32,461 bases of DNA, from contig NIVC01003810.1 in assembly GCA_002269645.1 (NCBI GenBank), positions 1 to 32,461 on the forward strand. The letters run 5' to 3'. The notes under the pieces are model-generated. The model was not told the origin of the DNA and searched no databases. It saw only the letters and a program-made list of their open reading frames with translations. A program made the position numbers and the translations under genes. This document shows, piece by piece, positions 1 through 10,803 of the stretch. The DNA is from Macrostomum lignano. Its lineage: Eukaryota. Each line of letters begins with the position of its first letter. Position 1 is the stretch's first letter.

Positions 1-305
1 TCCTAACTTCTGCAGCCAGTTGTGCAGTTGCCTCCTAATTGTTCACAATGCAGCCCTGCCGTTCTTTGCATATTTTCATTTCTGTGCTTCTGATGACGTG
101 ATCAAATAAAAATGCAATACTGCGATTCCTTGCAACTGCCTCTGCTGGGTTGGCTCTAATACTTTTTGCTAACTTGTGTTATTTCTGTACTAGCGTGCTG
201 TTCTAAATTGCTGCAGTTGTTTTAAAGCCACTGCAGTTAAAAGAGCTCTGCAGCAGCTCTTGGTTGCCGAGTCTAAAAGCTAACGCGTTTCTGAGCTGCC
301 GGACC

Positions 306-793
306 ACCCTCCAGATCCTCGTTGCTGGTTGCTGGGCTGCCCTCCCAGATCCACTGCTGCCAGACCGCTCTCCCAGACTCTTAGATTCTGGGCCACTGTC
401 CCATTTCCTCAGTTGCTGGGCCAGCCTCCCAGATCCTCAGTTGCTGAGCCAGCCTTCCAAATCCCCAGTTGCTGGGCTACCCTCCTAGATCCTCAGTTGC
501 TGGGCTACCCTCCCAGATCCCCAGTTGCTGAGCCAGCCTTCCAGATCCTCAGTTGCTGGGCTACCATCCCAGATCCCCAGTTGCTGAGCTAGCCTTCTAG
601 ATCCTCAGTTGCTGGGCTACCCTCCCAGATCCTCAGTTGCTGGCTACACTCTTAGATCCTCAGTTTGCTGGCTACCCTCCCAGATCCCCAGTTGCTGGGC
701 TTCACTCCCAGATCCCCAGTTGCTGAGCCAGCCTTCCAGATCCTCAGTTGCTGGGCTACCCTCCCAGATCCTCAGTTGCTAGGCAGCCAGCCT
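306..793. repeat. 28-bp minisatellite (consensus CCTCAGTTGCTGGGCTACCCTCCCAGAT), ~17 degenerate copies, partly alternating as a 56-bp dimer
   Basis: Tandem units are directly visible. A GGGCTACC variant alternates with a GAGCCAGCC variant. The array ends ~35 bp before the first METTL2 acceptor. Confidence 0.9.
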
Positions 794-828
794 TGCACAC
801 TTTCAACCTCCTTCCCCTCTCCCTCCAG

Positions 829-1081
829 AACCCACCACCCCATCGCCGGCTGCTCAACCAGAGGCGGTCGCGGCCGCGTGCGGCAGCCGGCCGAGCGGCT
901 TTGGCGGCCGCTTCCTCACGGACGAGTCGCGCGTGTTCGAGCAGAACGCCTGGGACAACGCGGCCTGCAGCCCGGCTGAGGAGGCGGCCCTGGCCGCTTC
1001 GGTCGAGGCCAAGGCGGCTAAGAAGATGCCGGCCGATGAGGCGCAGAAGCTGGACGAAGAAGCGGCTAGCAACTGGGACAA
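829..1081 (+). CDS. METTL2: METTL2/Trm140-like tRNA N3-methylcytidine methyltransferase, first visible exon (5'-partial; start exon not found in window)
   Basis: A pyrimidine tract and CAG (827-828) precede it. It translates as ...GFGGRFLTDESRVFEQNAWDN...EAASNWD(K), matching the family FG-RFL...NAWD and W-FY motifs. It ends at donor AA|GTGAGG (1082). An in-frame TAG at 780 with no intervening ATG means an upstream exon is required. Confidence 0.85.
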
Positions 1082-1135
1082 GTGAGGCAGCTGCCGTCCT
1101 TTCTTGGGCTATCGGTCTTGAGGCTCCCAACTTCA

Positions 1136-2066
1136 AGAATCGCCACAGCCCCAATGAGAATCGCCTCAGCCCCAATGAGAATCGTCCCAGTCCCAATGAG
1201 AATCATCTCAGTCCCAATGAGAATCGCCTCAGCCCCAATGAGAATCCTCCCAGTCCCAATGAGAATCATCTCAGTCCCAATGAGAATCGCCTCAGCCCCA
1301 TTGAGAATCGCCACAGCCCCATTGAGAATCGCCTCAGCCCCAATGAGAATCGCCACAGTCCCAATGAGAATCGCCTCAGTCCCAATGAGAATCGCCACAG
1401 TCCCAATGAGAATCGCCGCAGTCCCCATGAGAATCACCACAGTCCCAATGAGAATCGCCACAGTCCTAATGAGAATCGCCGCAGTCCCAATGAGAATCGC
1501 CACAGTCCCAATGAGAATCGCCGCAGCCCCATTGAGAATCGCCTCAGCCCCATTGAGAATCTCCGCAGTCCCAATGAGAATCGCCACAGTCCCAATGAGA
1601 ATCGCCGCAGTCCCAATGATAATCGCCTCAGTCACAATGATAATCGCCTCAGTCCCAATGATAGTCGCCTCAGCCCCAATGAGAATCGCCACGGCCCCTA
1701 TGAGAATCGCCACAGTCCTAATGAGAATCGTCTCAGCCCCAATGAGAATCGCCACAGCCCCAATGAGAATCGCCTCAACCCAATGAGAACCGCCTCAGCC
1801 CAATGAGAATCGCCACAGTCCCAATGATAGTCGCCTCAGCCCCATTGAGAATCGCCTCAGCCCCAATGAGAATCGCCACAGCCTTAATGAGAATCGCCGC
1901 AGCCCCATTTTAGAATCGCCACAGTCCCAATGAGAATCGCCACAGCCCTAATGAGAATCGCCGCAGCCCCATTGAGAATCGCCACAGTCCCAATGAGAAT
2001 CGACGCAGCCCCATTGAGAATCGCCTCAGCCCCATTGAGAATCTCCGCAGTCCCAATGAGAATCAC
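1136..2066. repeat. 21-bp minisatellite (CCCAATGAGAATCGCCACAGT), ~44 copies, filling most of the METTL2 intron 1082-2123
   Basis: Tandem units are directly visible. The repeat-only ORFs (SPNENRH etc.) arise because 21 is divisible by 3. Confidence 0.95.
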
Positions 2067-2123
2067 CCCACAACACGACTACCGATTTCCAATGCTTTTA
2101 TGACTGCTGACCCGCCACCGCAG

Positions 2124-2390
2124 GTTCTACTCGCTGCACCGCGACCGGTTCTTCAAGGACCGGCACTGGCTGCTCACCGAGTTCGACGAGTTGCGCACAG
2201 CTGGTCGCGTCCTGGAAGTCGGCTGCGGTGCCGGCAACTCCGCACCACTGCTGCAGGCCGCGGCCGCCTCTGCCGAGGATGCAGCAGGTGCCAGCGGTGG
2301 CTGCGGCTTGCAGCGCCTCTTTGCCTGCGACTTTTCGCCGCGGGCGGTCCAGCTGCTGGCGGAGTCGCCAGAGTGCCAGCGGGACGACAG
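2124..2390 (+). CDS. METTL2: METTL2-like, middle exon (SAM-binding motif I)
   Basis: Acceptor CCGCAG|G. The phase joins the previous exon (AA+G = K), giving FYSLHRDRFFKDRHWLLTEF...VLEVGCGAGNS...LFACDFSPRAVQL. The donor is most likely the non-canonical AG|GCGAGT at 2391. Confidence 0.9.
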
Positions 2391-2616
2391 GCGAGTTCAG
2401 GCTGCTGCCTGCTGGTCTTCGTTCAGAAATTTATTTTAGCCCATTGGAAACTCGGCTTCTCTGATTCGCTTTGCGCAGTTGCTTTCTGCCTGGGCAGTCA
2501 CCCGAATACCGGATGTCTGCTAACTTCTACAAGGAAACGGGCGCGTTCCAGCAGGTCGAACCTTGCTCATTTGGCCTCCCGTCACCTCCCAGATCCCAGA
2601 TCTTTCATGGAACCTA

Positions 2617-2630
2617 TCTGTCTGTCTGAC

Positions 2631-2715
<85 letters not shown>

Positions 2716-2778
2716 GCCTCTGACTGACTGTCTGTCTGTCTGTCTGTCTGCCTGTCTGTCTGTCTGTCTGTCTGTCTT

Positions 2779-2813
<35 letters not shown>

Positions 2814-2925
2814 GCCTCTGACTGACTGTCTGTCTGTCTGTCTGCCTGTCTGTCTGTCTGTCTATGTGTCTGTCTGTCTGTCTGTCTGTCTGTCTGCCTG
2901 CCTGCCTGCCTCTGACTGACTGTCA

Positions 2926-2957
<32 letters not shown>

Positions 2958-2976
2958 GCCTGCCTGCCTCTAACTT

Positions 2977-3007
<31 letters not shown>

Positions 3008-3010
3008 GAC

Positions 3011-3083
<73 letters not shown>

Positions 3084-3179
3084 GCCTCTGACTGACTGTC
3101 TGTCTACCTGTCTGTCTGTCTGTCTATGTGTCTGTCTGTCTGTCTGTATGTCTGTCTGACTGCCTCTGACTGACTGTCA

Positions 3180-3235
<56 letters not shown>

Positions 3236-3260
3236 GCCTGCCTGCCTCTGCCTGCCTGCC

Positions 3261-3295
<35 letters not shown>

Positions 3296-3304
3296 GTCTG
3301 TCTT

Positions 3305-3395
<91 letters not shown>

Positions 3396-3458
3396 GCCTC
3401 TGACTGACTGTCTGTCTGTCTGTCTGTCTGCCTGTCTGTCTGTCTGTCTGTCTGTCTT

Positions 3459-3493
<35 letters not shown>

Positions 3494-3737
3494 GCCTCTG
3501 ACTGACTGTCTGTCTGTCTGTCTGCCTGTCTGTCTGTCTGTCTATGTGTCTGTCTGTCTGTCTGTCTGTCTGTCTGCCTGCCTGCCTGCCTCTGACTGTC
3601 TGTCTTAGTGTCTGTCTGTCTGTCTGTCTGTCTGTCTGCCTGCCTCTGACTGACTGTCTGTCTACCTGTCTGTCTGTCTGTCTATGTGTCTGTCTGTCTG
3701 TCTGTATGTCTGTCTGACTGCCTCTGACTGACTGTCA

Positions 3738-3797
<60 letters not shown>

Positions 3798-3822
3798 GCC
3801 TGCCTGCCTCTGCCTGCCTGCC

Positions 3823-3857
<35 letters not shown>

Positions 3858-3866
3858 GTCTGTCTT

Positions 3867-3905
<39 letters not shown>

Positions 3906-3914
3906 GTCTGTCTT

Positions 3915-3959
<45 letters not shown>

Positions 3960-3974
3960 GTGTCTGTCCGTCTG
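2617..3974. repeat. (TCTG)n microsatellite, ~1.35 kb, with CCTG/ACTG/TATG variants
   Basis: Directly visible. It lies in the METTL2 intron 2391-4015. Confidence 0.98.
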
Positions 3975-4015
3975 TTTGACTAAGTGCAGATCCCCTCTCG
4001 TCTCTGCCCACCCAG

Positions 4016-4460
4016 ATGCGTTCCCTTCGTCTGGGACGTCGCCAACGAGGAGCTACCGGCCTCAGTGGCGCCGCAGGTGCAGCCGGGCTCGCTGGACGCG
4101 GTGCTGCTGGTCTTCGTGCTATCCGCCATGCCGCCAGCTCAAATGTCCGCCGCAGTCAGCCGCCTGACGCCTCTCCTGCGGTCAGGCGGTTCTCTGCTGT
4201 TCCGCGACTACGGCCGGCTGGACCTCGCGCAGACCCGGCTGTCTGCGGGGCGGTGCATCGCCGACCACCTGTACGCCAGGGGCGACGGCACCCGGGTGTA
4301 CTTCTTCAGCGAGCCCGACTGCCACCGCCTGTTCGGGGAGGAGGCCGGCCTTGTCCGGCGGCAGCTGCTGACAGACAGGCGGCTGATTGTGAACCGGGCC
4401 AGGCAGCTGAAGATGTTCAGAGTGTGGGTGCAGGCCAAGTACGCCAAGCCTGAGGATTAG
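4016..4460 (+). CDS. METTL2: METTL2-like, last exon
   Basis: Branch-like TGACTAA, pyrimidine tract and CCCAG|A. It translates as (R)CVPFVWDV...VFVLSAM...[18 protein letters not shown]...[12 protein letters not shown]...[23 protein letters not shown]. The three exons total 965 nt, i.e. 2 nt plus 321 codons, so the frames close correctly. Confidence 0.93.
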
Positions 4461-4634
4461 AGTAGCCGGGGGATGCTCAGAGTGTGGGTGCAGGCCAGGT
4501 GCGCCAAGCCTGAGGATTAGAGTGGCCTGGGGATGCTCAGAGTGTGGGTGCAGGCCAGGTGCGCCAAGCCTGAGGATTAGAGTAGCCTGGGGATGCTCAG
4601 AGTGTGGGTGCAGGCCAGGTGCGCCAAGCCTGAG
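4412..4634 (+). repeat. 60-bp tandem repeat (3.7 copies) of the last 15 codons, stop codon and 12 nt of METTL2 3' UTR
   Basis: Units start GATG(T/C)TCAGAGTGTGGGTGCAGGCC at 4412, 4472, 4532 and 4592. TAG occurs at 4458, 4518 and 4578. Confidence 0.95.
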
Positions 4635-4637
4635 CTA

Positions 4638-4643
4638 AATAAA
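4638..4643 (+). promoter_or_regulatory. Putative polyadenylation signal AATAAA of METTL2
   Basis: Canonical hexamer immediately after the 60-bp repeat. Confidence 0.5.
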
Positions 4644-6809
4644 TGCCTAATATTTACTATCCTGGGTTTCCATGCGCATTTTGTCACAGAGAATTTCTGC
4701 CTTGTTAACTTGTTGGACCTCTCGATCCGGGCTGCATGCAATACAGTAAAGTGGTGACAGGCCGTTTCGTGACTTTCATCAGCGAATTTCAGTCAGAGCT
4801 TTTGAGTTTCTTGCTTTTCACTTCAAAGGCGATTGATTTGCTTTGGCACAAGCCAGTCCGCATCGCAGGGTCAACTAAACACAATGTGTGAAATTGCGTT
4901 TGGATACAGTAGTTAAAGAAATCAGGGTCAAGCCGGAGGTCTGCTTATACATGTACGAGCGTATACATGGGCTGCTTCTACGTTTGTACGCGTTAGCTTC
5001 AACCCCCACATGTATCCTAGCAGTGGCATACGCAGGAATTAAAAATGTACTCTTAATTAGAGCAGCTGCAACTCTCGTACATGTAGCTATTTGCTGTCGT
5101 GGTTTTCGCCCCAACATCCGACGTGTACTGTGCGTGTAGGTGTGCGCCCCGTTCAATGGGTGGCAAAAGTTAAGTTCCTGTCCGTCTTTGATGAGCATAC
5201 ACTATTTTCATGGTGGGGCAATTTTCGTGGGAGAGATTATGTGCGCCCCCTCTATGTACTGTGCGACACTGTACCTTTGTGATACCGATGCAGCGGTCTT
5301 GTGAAGTTGAAATTTTGCATACTGAAGCTGCGACAGCGTTGCCTGTTGCATCAACGAATGATTGCTTGATCAACGAATTGTATCGTTGGTTAAACGTGTG
5401 GTAGATTGCAGGCTAGATGTTGAGGAAGTCAGCTCATCTGTTGTAGCTCGCAGCAGCATGAAGGATCTCAAATAAAATTTATAGTCTAACGATATCTTAT
5501 ACATTGGCAACGCAGCGATTGTTCTCTTACTAAAAAACTTTTTAGTTTTAAAATTTAAATATTAAGTCGGCATTTAAAACGAGATCAACTAATTACCTGT
5601 TCAAGCAGTGGATGAAAAGTCTTGAAAACTTTTCAAGCAGCTGGGAATGCGGAAATTTCCGCTTGCAATTCCTGATAAATGCAGCAGCCCCAACGGCAGG
5701 AAAATTCTGCGCTCTGCGATACGGCTGACGGCTCACAGAGACCAACTCGGCATTGAGATCTGTTGAGCAGCTTTGAGCTCGGCTCGACTGCCTTCATTTT
5801 CGCCTACCTGCAATAGTGATTAGGAACTCACGCCCATTTTATATATTCCTACTCGATCGCCCTTATCTCGCAAGCAACTGCATGGCCACCCCAGCAAACC
5901 GTCTCAGTCCACAAGTTGAAAGCTGGACAGTCTGGCTGTGAGCAATCTACTTTGGTTCAGATCGACACCTTCAGCAACGGGGCTCGGCCTCTTAGTTTTG
6001 TGGAGCTCAAAAGACCGCCTTTTATTTACTTACAAGATAATCGAGTTCAGGTTCCGAACTTGCTGAAGATTCAGGTCAAGTATACACGATGTCATTTGGT
6101 TCTCTACGGAGCCAGGACACCATCGCGCTCGCCTGTCCAATGGATGCCAGCTGGAAAGTTACAAAGCCAGTCGAGACCAAGATCTGCATCTGGAACATCA
6201 CGATCCGATCACCTGCGATGAGAGGAGCGGTTTCTTCCGCATATCGATGCGGTGCGAATTTGGCGTCTTAAATTAAAGAGGCACAACCCGTGATCATCCC
6301 AGTCTAGCTGTCTGGCTCCACCGTGGCCAGAGCTCCAAGGCTGGACGTTTCGGCCGGTTTGATCCCCTTTCACTGGAGGTAATTTAAAGTGGCCTAACTC
6401 GATCCCGGCAAGGAGGAGAATTGCCTTCAATTTACGGCTGCCAGAGACCGCATGACGTGGTACTACATGTATCTCTGCAGTTCAAAATACAGCGCGTCGC
6501 TTACTACAAGGCAATGAAGCGTGGACCAAAGGCTTGATGCTGATGCAGTTTCGGAAGGCGGCCGGCTCCATCAGCGACATCGGCACAGTTCTACTCAAGC
6601 TAAAAGTTCCCACAGGACAGCCAGCACAGCCACTTGCCTTTCTAAACATTCGGAGCGGGCTCCAGGTCCGTGTCTCTGATGGACATAAGACTGACCACAA
6701 ACTACTGTAGCACAAACTACATTTAATTGCTGGATGGGCACTGCATCCTGGAATGTCACAAGGAATGCATCAACTGCAACTTGGCTCACGACGATACCAA
6801 AAGCTTTGA

Positions 6810-7856
6810 TTGTCGCAATTTGCGGATCAAGCAGAGAAACTCTGCATGCGGCAAACAGTGCGATTTTTGCCTCAATTTCCGAGAGGCTACAAGATGAGCA
6901 AAAATTCAGAGTTTCTGTCCCTCCCCAGTCAAGCTGGCACCTTCAAGAACTCAACAGGAAACCAAAACTGCAAGCTGTGTTCCCCTTGTACTTTTAGTAC
7001 ATCGATGGCATTTGAGTGCACATAGTGTTTTACTGCCGACTCAGCTCCGTAATTACGAGTGAAAGTGCGTTGAGGGCACTGCAACCAGCTTGATCGTATG
7101 TGCTCAGCATGCAGTCCCAGCTCGTTATCCCTCCTTGGTCGGACGCATTGTACTCCGTACCCCATAGGCCAGTTCAGTAACAAAAACTGGTCGGTCTTGA
7201 TATCAACCGTGCTCAGAGGGTTTTTACTCAAACATTTCGGGAAGCAGCCTTTGCGATGCGTGTCCCCAAGGCTCCTTGAGTGATGAGGGAGCTGTGAAAA
7301 AACTGCAAGAAGGTCGAGTTCAGTCCGGCCATAATTAGGTAGAGTTCAGAGGCAAAACTGGCCCGTGTGACAGAGCGTGCCGTGCGCTGCGGGAGCTTCT
7401 CGGACCTCAGTGTGTACTCGGTGCCCCAGGAGAACTACCAGCCCAATGCAGGTCAGACCTCAGTGTGTACTCGGTGCCCCAGGAGAACTACCAGCCCAAT
7501 GCAGGTCAGACTCAGTGTGTACTCGGTGCCCCAGGAGAACTACCAGCCCAATGCAGTTCAGACGGAAGCGCCGATCCCTGCAAGTTTGTGGACTCTGAAG
7601 CTCAGTCGGGACAGAAGACCTGTTCACTGGCTACCTGTTGTTGCTACCTGCTCCGTAGCTTGAAATTACTCTGGCAGTTCATCAAGCGCCGGCTGGTGAT
7701 CAAACTTTACCGCTGGCATGCGGAGCGGTGCTGGGTCTTCAAGCTGTCAGGACTGCTCGGCTGGTACTTAGTCCAGCAGTTCAGGCAGCAGCTCGTGCTC
7801 AAAGTGCTACCCAGATCGGTTTGGGTGCCCAGTCCCGAGTACAATATTTTACACGT
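6810..7856 (+). pseudogene. Decayed cysteine-rich repeat gene (GCC2/GCC3, ephrin-receptor-like CxxCxAGTY...C type); probably extends upstream to ~5900
   Basis: Remnant repeats: AGTFKNSTGNQNCKLCSPCTFS (6933), CSACSPSSLS..THCTPYPIGQFSN (7101), CTRCP/NYQPNAGQTS (7410-7560) and GSSSCQDCSAGT*SSSSGSSSCSKC (7733-7807). They are interrupted by many stops and frameshifts. No introns are needed to link them. Confidence 0.65.
7403..7563. repeat. 53-bp tandem triplication within the Cys-rich pseudogene
   Basis: ACCTCAGTGTGTACTCGGTGCCCCAGGAGAACTACCAGCCCAATGCAGGTCAG at 7404, 7457 and 7510 (one unit 1 nt shorter). Confidence 0.95.
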
Positions 7857-8910
7857 AATATAACAGGCGTAGTGACGCTCTGTCTGTACTTTTATGGATA
7901 CGAACAGGCGTGACGACGCTCTGCGATAATAGTTCGATCCCTCTGGTGTTGTGACACTCAGAGTTCATGCTGCGGCTCGAGGTGTGGTGACACTCTCGGG
8001 TGCTTCTAGTTTCGATACTGTAGGTTGTACACACTATATAAGTAACCGGTACAGTACTACAATAATACACAATATACAGCGCTGCAGTGCTACAGTGGTC
8101 ACAGTCGCAGGCGTGATGACGCTCTAGCTATGGAATTACTGCTACGGCCAGGCCTCGGAAAAGCTAAAGAAGCGAATGAACTCGGGGGTCTTATCGGTGC
8201 CAGAAACTGTGGAGCTCGTTTGAATATCGCCACCACTTGACCGCTTTATTTGCTCCCAATCAATTGAGTCCTCGCAGTAAGAGACCGTATAGACACGGCT
8301 CGCTTGAGTATGGCATGCAAAATTAAGAGTCTTCGCAGTAAGAGACTGTCTTTACGGCTCGCTTGAATATCGCTAAGTTAGTTTCAAGAGCTAGGCACGG
8401 GGCGCGGAGCGGAGAGTGGGAAGCTGGCTGGGCCAGGCTTGAGCACTATATACCACTTAACAGGGTAGAGGGGCAGACAGCGCGAGAAAGAGAGAGACGC
8501 CAAACAAAAGAGACGACCTCTCAGCCAATCAGCGTGCCCGCCGAGCAGATCTGATTGACTGGGGGCCAGAAAAGAAAAACACAAGCCCAGCCAGTCAGTG
8601 GCCGCCGCTCGGAAAGACTCAAGCTGGGCCGAGCGCCCCCCCCCCCCAACCAGCCAGAACTGGTCTGGGGATGGCCGCCTAGGGCGCACGCAAAAACAAC
8701 TCAAAAAGTGCAAGAGCACTCAACAGGCCAGACACCACAGTGTCCTGCAGACCAATGAACAGCACTGGGTCGTCAAGCTGTTACAAGTGCTCACCGAGTA
8801 CCTTCAGCAGTTCCGCAGGTAGCAGATCGGGCAGCAAATGTCCCGAATGCACGTTCGCAAGAGAATGGGGCATTGCTTCCGGCAAAAATGCGACTTATTG
8901 ACTTCATAAC

Positions 8911-9216
8911 TGTTGGCAAGAGAAGGTACATTTATTTATTTCTGATTTAAGATATTTATATATTATTTAGTTTTTGTTTCTGCGTACATTGAAGTCCAAC
9001 CCCCCTCTCTGAATCATGTAGCTCGGACGTGCGCTCAGCACCCACCCCCTTTTACGTAAGTGCTAGTGCTAATATATATTTGCAGTCTCAGTCGCTCGAG
9101 AGTGTGCAACTGCGGTTTTTTTGTTAGTTAAAATTTGCATTGGGCTGCGGCCCTTAAAGTCGATTCATTTCTGTGAAGACTCGTTTTTTGCATGACTCGA
9201 CAAGAGCGCAAGATCA
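8911..9216 (+). repeat. BEL/Pao 5' LTR
   Basis: TGTTGGCAAG...GCAAGATCA; 303/306 identical to the 3' LTR by manual comparison. Confidence 0.97.
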
Positions 9217-9218
9217 TC

Positions 9219-9236
9219 TGGTAGCAGAGCGTGGTT
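9219..9236 (+). promoter_or_regulatory. Primer-binding site complementary to initiator tRNA-Met 3' end
   Basis: TGGTAGCAGAGCGTGGTT starts 2 nt after the 5' LTR. Animal tRNA-iMet ends ...CUCUGCUACCA. Confidence 0.85.
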
Positions 9237-9258
9237 GTTTACTCGTTACAATTGATCA

Positions 9259-10803
9259 ATGTCGGACGACGGAAATGAAGAGACTGCGGCGGCAGCAACC
9301 GATGTGAGCAACCGGCTGGCTCAACTAAAGGCCACGAAGGCTATTGAGAAGTGTGCCTTCACGAAGCTGCGCAACAAACTTCTGAGGAACCTAAGCTCGG
9401 ACGGAGCAGAGTTGGACGAGGCCGAGCGGCTTGCGGAGCAGCTCGATCAGAGCTACGAGAAGGTGAACGCCGTGATTCAAGAAGTTCTGCACGAGGTCGG
9501 AGGAAATCTGCCCGTGCAAATGCAAGCTGTCAAGGAACTGGAGACATTGGAAAGCAATTTCGGTGAGGTAGTGAGTTTGATGACTGAGCTGAGGAAGAGG
9601 GTTTGGCAAGCGAAAGAAGAAACAGTGCGCTATGAGGAGAGAGAGACGAGGCAAAAGGAAGTCGAGGCGGCACGGAGTCAGCGGGCAGAAGTCGGAGAGC
9701 GACAGAGAAAAATGCGAGAAGAATTTGAAGCTCAGATGCGCGAGCTGGAGAAGGAGATGGAAAGGTTGGCAGCTGTTGCAGGAGATGTTGAAGGTCATTT
9801 CGTAGGGCAACAACAAGCACAGCAAACGCAACAACAAGAGCCCAGTCGGTGCATCGCTTCGTTTGGCGGCTACCCAACTTTTGAGACTAGTGCAGGTTAT
9901 AGGACAGAGAGTTTTCAGCCGCGCACGGAGAGTTGGAGGTGTGAGGAGAGGCCAATCGATAAAGTGGAGCAGCTACCCACCCCAACTGGAGCTGTGTACA
10001 ATGCTAGCAAAGAGAGTGCCGAGCTAGGCAGGGGTCCAGCGGCCCCCCAACCCCAAATGGATTATTTAGCTGACCAATCATCGCGCGGACGGGCTGGTGT
10101 GTACGGCCAAGAATTAACCGAGAGAGTTGGACAAGACATGTGGCGCCAGCTACAGCGAGTGTCAATTCCAGTGTTTAGCGGCGACAAAAGGCAGTACGAG
10201 GGTTGGAAAGCGGCATTTTATGCATGTGTGGACGCATCACCCTCCTCTAATGCTTACAAATTATTACAATTGCGTCAGTCCCTGCAGGGAGAAGCTCTAA
10301 AACTAGTGGCCAATCTTGGCTACTCAGAGTTTGCGTACAGAGCAGCGCTTGAGCGGCTTGAACGGGAGTACGGGGGAGAGAGACGAAGACTGATGCTGGC
10401 ACTGGAGGACTTGGATAGTTTCCAACCTATTCAGGTAGAGAATGCAGGTCAATTAAAAAAGCTGGCCGACTTGCTGGATGTTACAGTAGTTAATCTACAG
10501 GCTGCAGGGCGAGAGAGTGAGCTAAGCAACAATGGACTTATGTACTTGAGAGTTCAAAAGAAGCTGCCAGCCGAAACACTAGCTCGCTTTCATCGGTGGG
10601 TCGGAGAAGCTAGGAAAGAAGATTCGCTCAGAACGTTGCATCGATGGCTTCTGACGGAGGCAGAGTACATGACAGTAGCGTGTGAGGCGGTAAGAGGCGT
10701 GGCTTCTTCAGGTGAGACCGGACGGCACGACAGTGTAAAAGCCAAGAAAACTGTTTCCCGAGAGGGCAGCCACAGCACGCTCGTTCTTTGTGAAGACGGA
10801 TGA
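9259..10803 (+). pseudogene. BEL/Pao gag (DUF1759-type), ends at a frameshift
   Basis: Coiled-coil N-terminus followed by LQRVSIPVFSGDKRQYEGWKAAF...KLLQLRQSLQGEA...LERLEREYG. Confidence 0.9.

Noticed and set aside
1131-1150. TTCAAGAATCGCCAC (FKNRH) at the start of the 21-bp array resembles exon TTCAAGGACCGGCAC (FKDRH), suggesting the repeat derives from the exon
   Set aside because: The match is too short and degenerate to distinguish from chance.
748-1806. Long ORFs on both strands made of heptad repeats (SPNENRH, MRIASAP, AILIGTE)
   Set aside because: They are products of a stop-free 21-bp minisatellite in an intron. In the METTL2 frame, intron retention hits TGA immediately (AAG TGA at 1080-1085).
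2100-4011. ORFs with LSVC/QTDR repeats
   Set aside because: Translations of the TCTG microsatellite.
8380-8760. LTR-like/promoter-like segment (CCAAT, TATATA, purine-rich strand bias)
   Set aside because: No TG..CA pair with TSD, PBS or second copy could be established.
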